This document shows positions 13,831 to 23,891 of a stretch of 64,000 bases of DNA, piece after piece. The position numbers and the translations under genes were made by a program. How positions within the stretch are numbered: the stretch's first letter is position 1; each line of letters starts with the position of its first letter. Source of the DNA: Perkinsus chesapeaki ATCC PRA-425 (taxonomy: Eukaryota; Protista; Perkinsozoa); contig JAAPAO010000097.1 in the NCBI GenBank assembly GCA_013115145.1, positions 1-64,000 on the forward strand, given 5' to 3'. Below the pieces are notes generated by a model that saw only the letters and a list, made by a program, of their open reading frames with translations, was not told the DNA's origin and made no database searches.

Positions 13831-16800
13831 TCATCGCACATGAACAGGCCCCACCACTGAAACCTCCTCAGTGGCCTCATCCTCGATTCCCAGCCAAATA
13901 GAAGTGATTGCAAAAACCAGAAAGAGTACTCCACCAGCAATACAAATATGTCGCTCTGAGATACTCTTCGCTAGAAGCTTACCTCCAATAACAGCTATAC
14001 CAGTACCTGATTAATAACGTATCTTTACTCAACACTATTAAGGAGAGATATCTCTGCATTCCTTCTCGAATTAGTCTAGATCTACGCTAAGCATATAACG
14101 ATATGGACGTGGCTTCTTCGAGAGGCAAGGTATTCCTAATACGGAAATATCATAACGTGTGTTTGACATTGATACTCCAAAACGAACAACCTCGTAGCTC
14201 AATACAGATACTACCATAACCGTCATGGAGCGAGTGTGGGTGAGATAACCAAATTTGATAGACGTTCCGAATGCTAGAAAAAACCATCGAATGCACGCCT
14301 TTTCGCCCTCTGTTCAACATTCGTCATACCTCTAATACTTCCCAAGTACGAAATCGCCACTCATATCAAACTTGGATATCTACCCCACTTCTTCATTCCG
14401 ATCATGGTTTTCCAGATAATACAAATGGACGATGAAGATTGCACGACCAGCGACCTCAACTCAACATTCACACTAAACTGACTGGTAGAAATTCGCCGTT
14501 ACGTGAACCAGTTCAAACTGAACGCTACGGTCGAGGTTTTCGTTAGGCTTACCAAATCTGATTTAGGCCATACTCACACTATCCCTCACCGATGAGCATG
14601 AAACCCGAAAACCCGAAAACCCAAAACCCGAATTTAATGACGTCCCTTTATTACATATGCAATGACCAATTATCCCTCCCAACGTGACCCCCAAAGTGTT
14701 CTTCGATGATGCCAACGCTATGGTAGATATTTGACTTCTATCTCCCCATTCAGCCAGAAACGTCATCATAAACGCCTAATGATAATTCCCGCGCGCCAAG
14801 AAATTACGCTATCAATTACCTGCGTGAAAATACGAAGGGCTGATCGAGAAAAAAGAGCTTCACCCGAACAGTTCCAAGTCTAACAAGAGGAATATTTTCA
14901 TGGCGCGCAAGAAATTCATTTAGTACTCGCCTGCTGCTCCGACCAGCTTCACATTCCTCATCCGCTTCTGATGGCGGCGGAGTGTCTTCGTCCTTTTCTC
15001 TGAAGATAGAGGAAAAGTCGGTATGGAAATATATAAATCCCAATGCTTGAATCTAGATCCGCGGTTCTAGAACAACCGTACCTACTGTCTTTAATATTTT
15101 CCATCAAACTAGGCCTTCATGACGAATAATTGGAACTCGGCGAATCTTCAACGAACTCTGTTGCGTGCGCAGGTTCCATTCCCAGGCTGTCCTTTTTTAG
15201 GCGAAAAAATATTTTCCCGCAAAGCTTCGAAAAGACTCCATCGTTGACATTTTCATAATATTCTCACAATGAGAGCGTTCAAACGACATCTAACATGAAA
15301 CCCTAATCTCTCCACATCCACTGGATCATTTATTCCTACAAAGTGAGAGTACGCGATACGAGCCCTGATCCCGAATACGACTACTTCAATTCCATCTCAA
15401 CTTCCTTTAGCTCTTCATTCTCTCCCTCATCAGGTCCCATGTCATAGGCCTCCTTCAACAACTTTAGACCTGATACCAATACTTCATCAAACGCCAATCG
15501 ATCACAAAAGTAGCTACTACTGATAAGCTGCAATATGCTTGTTATCATCAGTACAGAAGCTATAAGATCTCCAACACAAATACCCGCTAAACCTAGCTAG
15601 CATTCTAAGCTATAGCCTACCGATCTGGTATGCCTCAGTTCTTACGGGTGCGCAAATGAGTATCTTTTATACTTCACCTGCTATGTTATGTGTTTATTGT
15701 GAGCGTCGAGTTCATTTTGTGTTTCCTTCTTCACAAACATATTTCCTACAAAAACTACGCGTTGCCATCACTTTCTATTGAAACTGAGGATCACTATATT
15801 TCTGAAGCTTGACAAATTTCAACCAGACCACTTCATCGAAAATGGACCGCAGTCTTCTACTTAATATAATTCTCAGTGATATTTAATAGTTTTATTACTA
15901 ATAACACAGCAGACACTATCCAACCGCCATTACAAACTTGAAAACAAGGAGATCTAATAATGCACCCGCCAGGATTCGAACCCGATACCTTCCGCTTACC
16001 AAAGTAAATAAATAGCACTATGCAAGAATAATGTGTAAATTCTTTGCTGAGTAAAGTTGGCAATAAAAAACCCAACACGGCCGATAAAACCTACCAACAC
16101 AATCACACCGCGCACCACTCCCCCTCTCCCTCACCGTCATCAGAGCCAAGGCTCCTATGGCCCCAGCAAAAACCACAACATGACTATGCTTCATCGACAG
16201 CACTGCAGCGATGAAGAAGGTCTTATCGCCAATCTCAGCGCAAAGTATCATCAGAAATGAAGCTACGAAAGCCCCGACAAATCCACTGCCATTCATCGTG
16301 GATGATATACCTGACAGGCGGGCATACTGACCGAGGCCCGTGGGGTCGTATTCGGCCTATTGCTCCCGGGAAGGTACATGTTCCCTATCAAACATTCCAT
16401 AGTAGCACCGATGATAGGAATAGATTCCCTATCGAACATTCCATAGTAGCACCGATGATAGGAATAGANNNNNNNNNNNNNNNNNNNNNNNNNNNNNNNN
16501 NNNNNNNNNNNNNNNNNNNNNNNNNNNNNNNNNNNNNNNNNNNNNNNNNNNNNNNNNNNNTTCCATAGTAGCACCGATGATAGGAATAGATTCCCTATCG
16601 AACATTCCATAGTAGCACCGATGATAGGAATAGATTTCCTATTGAACATTCCATTATATCTCCTCAATAGGAATATATTTCCTTTCTACAATTGAACAGC
16701 GCACTACTAATAATCTTGCCATTTAAACCAAAGTTCTATACATTGGCACCTCCCCATTGTAACTGGGCAGAATTAAGGCTGCATCTACTACCAAGATGCC

Positions 16801-17074
16801 AAGGAGTCTCAATGCGGGATACGATCGCAATAATTGACTGTAAACCGGAACAGAAAAGCCCTACTGGAAAATCCCATCAACTCACACACATGACGAACCT
16901 CATGATATTATAAAGGGTGCACGCGCAAGCTGAATGCCTTTCGAGAACAACTGCAACGCATTTCTCACCTCGTGCAAATCTCGCAAAAAAACCAGTTTCC
17001 ATAACAACTGTTGTATCACCCAACGCAAGCACAGGAGACACTAATGCCGCGGCGGCATTCAGCCTCGAAACCAT
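13831..17074 (-). CDS. GDT1: GDT1/TMEM165 (UPF0016) Ca/Mn transporter family protein (multi-exon)
   Basis: Two signature motifs, ILCAEIGDKTFFIAA and TFLAEWGDRSQISTIALA, plus GHCIC|TGIAVIGGKLLA. First exon MVSRLNAAAALVSPVLALG at 17074; TGA at 13831-13833. Confidence 0.92.
14601..14630 (-). repeat. Telomere-like (TTTT/CGGG) four-G-tract motif in GDT1 intron
   Basis: Minus strand reads cgggttttgggttttcgggttttcgggttt. Confidence 0.75.
15149..15198 (+). repeat. tRNA 3'-half-like element, second copy of the 10203 subfamily (GDT1 intron 15000-15384)
   Basis: aacgaactctgttgcgtgcgcaggttccattcccaggctgtcctttttt aligns with 10203-10255. Confidence 0.65.
15961..16002 (-). repeat. tRNA-Thr-like 3' half beginning at a GDT1 splice donor
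   Basis: TTG|GTAA GCGGA AGGTA TCGGG TTCGAAT CCTGG CGGGTGC A; T-stem fully pairable with wobble; donor at 15999. Confidence 0.7.
16331..16653 (+). repeat. Dispersed repeat copy 2, expanded into a 44-bp minisatellite spanning an N gap
   Basis: Unit ttccctatcgaacattccatagtagcaccgatgataggaataga starts at 16381 and 16425 and resumes after the gap (16469-16560). Confidence 0.9.
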
Positions 17075-17363
17075 AACAACTCACACCACTATACACAACA
17101 CTCATAACATTACACCGGCGAGCCTCCGATTGCTCGTATTGAAAACAAAAACCCAACACGTCTTCTCAAAGGACTAAAACGGAGAATCCTGATCCAATGG
17201 CCAACCTATGAACGACAACCTTCTCTTGAAAGTATCACAGTTAATGACAGACAATATTGATAAGCCATGATTACTAGAAGACTCTGCTGCTGGTAAGCAA
17301 AGATTAGACGCAACATTTAACAATACCACCAACAAGACTTGAACAAGAAAAGCTTTGATGCAG

Positions 17364-18089
17364 CTAGACCAAAAGCTGCCTCCGAGCACCTCTATGGCCT
17401 AGAGCAACAAAGATTTGTAGTGACGGAACTGATATAGTTATGCTGTTGTTAGCATCGAAGAACTGGATGGTTGTCTCTGAGGAAAATCGTTGCCGACGCG
17501 CTTCCAACAGCGACTTACGGTCAATCACCCCAGCAAACAATGCCGGCAAGTTGGTCGGGTCGTCGATAACCACTTTGTTCACACCGCCGCTGTCGAGCAT
17601 GTGGAAGGGAACATGGCCGTTTGATGATGCTACGACTTTATACGGATTTTCAGTGGCAACGATCCTAAGGAGAAGCGTAGGACCACCCATGGCAAAAGCT
17701 ACCTTACAATCGGTCTATCATCCTGGTACTTTGGGTGACTTGAACTTCAGCTGAGGCGTTGCCACCGATCAGAGATATGCTACCGTTGAAGACGTACAGT
17801 CCATCCGGAGTAGGAGCCCCTAAGCAAAAAGATGTCAGGTCAGCAACTCCGAACAAATAGTCACCTGGGGTGGATGTAGGCCTTGGAGTGGTCGGACCAG
17901 TTGGGGCAGCAGTTGTCGGCGAAGGCTGACTGGTCGGCGGCACTTGAGTGGTGGTGGTGGAGCTCGAGCCTAAAAACGGTCAGGTCCGGTTGGAGACCGT
18001 TGTCCTATACTACTCGAAGAGCATCCTGATAAATTCACAGCAACGAGGAAGGTCGCAACACTAGCAAAGGTGATTATGTCAAATCTCAT
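17364..18089 (-). CDS. Secreted/surface protein with a Thr/Pro-rich linker (multi-exon)
   Basis: MRFDIITFASVATFLVAVNLSGCSS signal-like N-terminus, STTTTQVPPTSQPSPTTAAPTGPTTPRPTSTP linker and clean GT-AG introns; 3' end approximate. Confidence 0.7.
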
Positions 18090-18649
18090 TAATGCGACTG
18101 GTAGTAATGACTTGCCGGCCTGACTTCCCCGTGCGTGGCTGTTTCGATCTTGCGCGTACGTGCAGAAATGATTCGCAAGATTGCAAGATCCGAAACGACG
18201 CACGTATCGCAGGTCACCTAGGACTCCGCCAGGCAAGAGGAGCCGACTTTATATGGGGCGCGGTTGCCCGAGCCGATTGAATATTGGCTGTTGGAGGACA
18301 TATTCCGCATTGTCATCCAATTGTGGAAGCGAATCGCTTGGATTGGTTTTGCGCGACATTCCGAAAATATGGAGCAGTTTATCTCCAGCACCAGGAATCT
18401 TCCGGTTTTGGACTACAGCGATCACCAATAAACAGAGCTGCTCCAAAGGACAGTAACAATATTTTTAGCCTATGCTACCTGTCCTACCGCGAGACTCTCA
18501 AGGAACACGTCATCTTAGCCGCATTTTTAAACGCGCCTGGAGCTGAAGCTGCTGCTCACATACTGGGCTCCTGACCCCACACTGCCGCCTCACTTGGCCA
18601 CGGTCTGACGATCAACTTGAAATGTTGATTACCCGACAGATTTGGGGAA

Positions 18650-19220
18650 TGTACCATGGACTTCAAGCTTCACTTGGCCGCGAGTGATAGACTGGCCAAA
18701 ACGCAATCTCACACCGGCGCTCCACGAGTCGTGGACCACGACCCACTAGCACCAACGCTTAACGTACCAAACTGGCGATTCCAGAAGTTCACAGAACTGG
18801 ATACTTCTACGCAATCAATCTGTACTCTCCAAAGGCATCAGTAAACAATCCCTTGGAGTCCAATAGTCGGAAAACGACCCAACCCGAGCTCTTGCCTGCG
18901 GTACGTAAGACAATCTCACGGCAGTCGAGTCGGTTGAGCCGACACATGAATCTTCGCGAACCGGTGATAGAGATCGAGTGTTAGCGTCCAACCTCGGCCG
19001 TAGAACCTCGAACACTTCCGTTTATTAGTAACGGTGATTTGTAGCAACCGAAAATACCAGGCTCCACACTGAGCCCGCCCTGAGCGAAGTGACGAACTTC
19101 GACACTTACACGACATACTTCTTCCAGTAGCGTCAGTGAACTCCCGTGACGCCGCGTCGGCCCGTCAGCGATTCTCTGAGAATCGCTCCTTAGAGAACTG
19201 CTAAAGTTGGGGTCGGTAGC
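18650..19220 (-). pseudogene. Degraded duplicate of the 3' end of the 717-aa ORF (23750-24290)
   Basis: Shares EVRHFAQGGLSVEP...YKSPL and KYPVL with the intact copy; carries GAA>TAA and other disruptions. Confidence 0.8.
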
Positions 19221-19421
19221 CTTTTTGGGTTGAGAAATCTAATGTTACTAACATTACATCAGTCAAAAGCACGTATATCATATATGCGCTAGACTATCTA
19301 TCTGATAATATTAGATATTCCAAATATGTAGAGTTTCTAAATGATGGAGTTGAGTTCATGACTCATGAATCATGAGTTTTATAAGTAGTGTAATCCTTGT
19401 TTTAATAAAAGATGACCTTGG

Positions 19422-20285
19422 TTATGATAAACATAAAAATGTTGACGAGATAGACAAGACTAGCAAGATCCGAAATGCGATACTGCAATAGCGGTTCCCG
19501 TGGAGCTGTACTAGAGGCGCGGGAGCGCGGCGCAATAATCGGTACGGATTCAGGATCTCAAAGACGCAAATCAGCGCTGGCAAGTGATCAGTGGCTCTGT
19601 GAGAATATGAACTGTGATCATACTGCACGTCTGCGAGTGTCCTAAATATGATTGTATCTTCAATTGCGAGGCATTCTAAATGCCGCATTCCTCTGTACGC
19701 AAGAGCGACTCCGAGCCGCGTTCAGCCGCTTGTGGGTCGGGATTTCGCTTTCGAAAGAGAAAGTCTCGGTCAGCTATCGACTCTGTTTAACAGATGGAGA
19801 GGCGCAGAAATTCATTGACGGCCCTCGCGAGCGTCGGAGACTGGATATATCGATCCCGCGATCTCGAGGTGTTCAACAAACTGGGGGGAAAGGTGTAGAC
19901 AGAACCGGTTCCATGTTCACGGCTCTGTCGCGGCCCAACTGTGTTCTGCGCGGACGTGCGGGTTCTGTTGCCTTGCCTATATGCATTCGTCTTTGCCACC
20001 TTGTCAGACATTCACCGCTGCCTACTCGAAGCATGCTCACCACTCTCCTACTCGGCTTTCTCCACTGGTCAGAAGCTGTCAACAATTTCACGGATTCCCT
20101 GAGCGCGTGAGGAGGGATATACTGCAGACATCATCACAGCCGCCGTTCTCCACAACGATGCTGAATAAATTCGATGATACGATAATGATCCCATTCTGTC
20201 GCTTAGGTATGCCTTGCCAGGGAGCCGTAACCTCTCGCAGTTGGGTCGCTGGCAACAACTGTCCTTTAAACAGCTGGTAGACCAC
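19422..20285 (-). CDS. Possible fragmented or spliced gene of unknown function
   Basis: Several adjacent minus-strand ORFs with protein-like composition; no recognisable domain. Confidence 0.2.
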
Positions 20286-20471
20286 TCAAAAGGTAAATTC
20301 GTGCGGGCTAATGCGGAATGTGCTAGCCTACCCTTGCTAAGTATGAGACGGTTACCATGGGGCGGCTACCGGGACAGCTGCGTAGGCAGCTCCAGTGTAG
20401 ATCTATAATAGATACAAATCAATAGAAACAAATATAATATATACAAGAATCAATAGATCATCTATTGATTC

Positions 20472-22636
20472 TTGTGTCACACAAGTTGTGTGTTACCTAG
20501 GAGTTTTCTCAGCGGGTGTTATTGGCCGGATAAGACACAAGCGCCATTCGAAGAACTCTTCCAATTTCTAGGTCCGGGAGGTGGCACCTTTTTACAGCAG
20601 TATATGCAAGACTATTTTACTTTCAATCGGACAAATCCAGTAAGCCTCGCTTTATGAATTATGTAGAGTGTTCTCAGCTACGTCTTCTTGTGTGACCGTC
20701 GCGCTTCCAATGGACTCCTCGCAATAATGACAAATTCTAGAGTTTCATCAGATAATCTTCTTGGCCATAAGTGCTTTGAGTCTCTCAAAGGCAAAAGAAC
20801 TTGAAATTGAAATGAGAGGTGTGGCGCGGCAAGTTGAAGCGGCCACGTTCGTACTGGAAAGAAGGCGAGGACAACTCGAACACATATCTCATCTTTCTGA
20901 GATCTGAAGCTTAGGTACACTGGTACTAGCAATCCCACACAAGAATACTCTACCGAAACGCTCAAGAGGTTGTTTTCGATGGAGCAGATTATCGCTGATG
21001 TCGCAGCCTTCGGGACGAACTTACAGGCCAAGAATCCTGGAGTGAAGATAGTCCTATTTGGATGCAGCCGTGCCGGGGCACGACTCTCTCGCACTACTCG
21101 GTCATATTCAAATCATCATTTCAGCTTATCGCCGCTCTGGCCCGAAAGAAACACGGGGACATCTTCATTGGAGCTGTCACGTCCTCAACTCCATTCAAGT
21201 TCAAACTGGCAAACGATGAGTAGGTCATCCGGGAAGTTTGAGTGGCTTGGAATCGGTTACATTACCGGCTATCTGTATAGAGCACATCTGGGCTTCATTT
21301 AGCCTGGGCAAAGCTCGTATAGTTATGACGTCGTGCAAATCGAAATTCTGAGTTACACGTACTTCATGACTGTGATATACTGAGTCTTCTTAGGTACAAC
21401 TCCGTCTTATCTCAAGACTTATCTAGCCCAAGCCTCGGAGGTAGTCCACAATGTCTGACTACGGTGAGTTATAAGAACCGTCACCCTTGCGCAGTTGTAA
21501 TCTCTTGTAGCTCACCAACGCACACATGGATTTTGCCAAGTCCATGGAGACAGCCGAAGGACGCCGAGAGGTCGAGAAGAAACTTAAAATTTGTGATGGG
21601 ATCCTCGAAGATGTGAATAATCAGATATACACGTGAATATTAATACTATTCCGATTTTCATTCACATCATTGAGCTTGTCAGCACTGTTATGGGCAATCT
21701 ACTAGGGACGAGTCTACAGTATAATGATCCTGGCTGTACAGAGAATTACTGCAACATAAAGAAGATATGTGATAGACTCACAAGAGGAAGGTAAGGTCAA
21801 ATCAGTTTCTTATCTCGTCCTTCTTATTTAGTGACGCTGCGCTCGACAAGCTGGCTGACATCTACAATACAAATAAACCGCTCAAGCCTGGATATTATTG
21901 TCGAAGGAAAACGGCGAGACTATTTATTGTTACGTAATTTAATGGATGAATGAATATACAGTTCAAACTTCCATGTGTTCATGACGGAAACCCCGATGTT
22001 TGCAGATTAAAGAATAGAATGTCCAACAGCTCACGAAGGTTAGGGTACTTTGACGCATGCAACATTGCCGGGTTCCCGGAGTGCAGCAGCGGAAGCTGTC
22101 CTTTCTACACAAGTAAAAGCTGGGTTGATTTCTATCTTATGTTGTGCAAAGAAGGATTCGGATTATCCAAGGATGAGGTATGCTGTCGTGTGCAACAGAT
22201 CGCGTGATTTCGAGGTGGCAAGATACTTAAGAACATCGCAGACTTTCAGCAGTACGTTGAGAAAGACTTGGATAAAACTACAAATATATTATCCATTAAT
22301 GGTGATGCCGATCCTTGGTATCCATCTTCGATCACTAAAGCAAGAATGGGCCTCGATATTATGTGGGTGAGATATCACAAATGCTTAAATATAATAGCCA
22401 ACTCAAATTCCTCCGGCAGGTGAAAGGCGCGTCACATTGCTACTGGTGTGGTCACTCCGACAAGTAAGTAGTGAGAGTTGCTTATCCACTGAAACTTCTC
22501 CTTAGCGGTCAAGGTTCTGTTATCTTATTATTATCTTTGTGGAGTTCTTTGTTTGCTTACCGTAAAGTTATCCGGTTGTTTAATCAGGGACGTCGTAGAC
22601 GGCATTCTCGATGTTGTGAATAAGTGGCTTGCCTAG
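20472..22636 (+). CDS. Serine carboxypeptidase, peptidase S28 family (multi-exon)
   Basis: Exons VARQVEAATFVLER, YTGTSNPTQEYSTETLKRLFSMEQIIADVAAF, KIVLFGCSRAG|LIAALARKKHGDIFIGAVTSSTP, INGDADPWYPSS and VKGASHCYW; TAG at 22634-22636; start approximate. Confidence 0.85.
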
Positions 22637-23194
22637 CGGAGCTGTGCATCTCATAATCGCAGCCGATGATGATTAATACCCAGTCGGTGATACCGTATCA
22701 AGATGCTCACTTAGCGTCCTTGAGCATCGTATGCTTATTGTTCACCACTGCTGCTAGTATGAACGGCTCGGCTCTGTTCTGTCGTTGTGGGCTGTGCTTT
22801 AATAACTCACTCTCAGCTCAGACACGTCATTTCGTAGTCAACTTTTTACTGGTAGAACTGCCGAGAGCCTTAACAAAAAACCGCGAGCCAGAGCCTTCGC
22901 ATCCAGCAAGAAAGCTCAATCGAGATGCTACTGCCACGTTGCGTGCCTGGATACAGAATGTTGAACAACGTGGTAGAACATCATCCGTCGGATATCTATG
23001 TCGGACATCGGATGCCCCGTCGAAAATGAGATACTGTCTCAGAGATACTGTCTCAGAGACAGTATCACTTTAATGCAACCCCATGACTGAGCAGAAACAT
23101 TGCATATCATACCGGGACAGTCCCGATCCGGTATATCATTTCTTTTTTTACGGTCCGTAAACCATTCGACGGAATGGAGAAGGGAGGAGAATAT

Positions 23195-23650
23195 TTATGA
23201 TAAGCCCCTCGCTAAAGCCACGAACCGCACGACAGAAACTACGTTCTTACTAACAAAGTCGTCTCTATCTGCCACAATTGTAGAACTTCCGAAACAAGTA
23301 ATTCGAATGTCCTCGTACTTGAGGCAAGTGAAACGTATGTGATCAATATCATCTACAACATCAGTATTATTATTCGAACTGCATATTTTACAGAAATGAC
23401 TGTCTACTTCCTTTATTCTAAACAAATAGTCTATACAAGCTGACCAATGCCCACATATTATTTTATTCAGACTGCAAGTAATATATCTCTCCGGTACATC
23501 CACAATCGCAAGCAAATCTTCCATCTCCTCAGACAAAGTCATCATAGGCCAGCTTCGAGCCGTGCACGGCTCACCATAGGCCAAGCCACCTAACTTTAGT
23601 GATGACCAGAATATGAGAAAATATGTAACTGAAGAACTTAAAGGAGCCAA
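23195..23650 (-). CDS. Small Cys-rich hypothetical protein, possibly secreted
   Basis: 151-codon open frame with a hydrophobic N-terminus; begins at TTG, so the true start is unclear. Confidence 0.4.
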   Translation of the reverse strand: MAPLSSSVTYFLIFWSSLKLGGLAYGEPCTARSWPMMTLSEEMEDLLAIVDVPERYITCSLNKIICGHWSACIDYLFRIKEVDSHFCKICSSNNNTDVVDDIDHIRFTCLKYEDIRITCFGSSTIVADRDDFVSKNVVSVVRFVALARGLS

Positions 23651-23891
23651 GAAGGTGGCCCACCTTTAATTCATAGGTTACGGAACGCAACGCCAATTGG
23701 GGAAGCAGTTTTGCAGAGACTTTTCCCAACTAACAACGCCACCTTCACGCCCATGCTCCTCAGCACTCTCAGTGAGAGTCTCTCGCTTTCCCGCGAGGGA
23801 TGAACTGGTGGAAAAGCAATTTTATGCTTACGCTCCACGACTCACTAGCACCAGGGCTCAACGTACCAAACTGGGAGTCCCAAACAGAAGT

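Noticed and set aside
15644-15651. GCACCCGTA downstream of the Thr-like half, suggesting a permuted tRNA
   Set aside because: Complements the acceptor strand, but no D-arm or anticodon 5' strand (TCCGC) follows, so no cloverleaf can be built.
16381-16653. 44-bp repeats as a CRISPR array
   Set aside because: Head-to-tail units with no unique spacers, no cas genes, and located in a eukaryotic intron.
19214-19234. 16/21 match to the dinoflagellate/perkinsid spliced leader
   Set aside because: Expected by chance about 0.1 times over both strands, and it overlaps the duplicated coding-derived segment.
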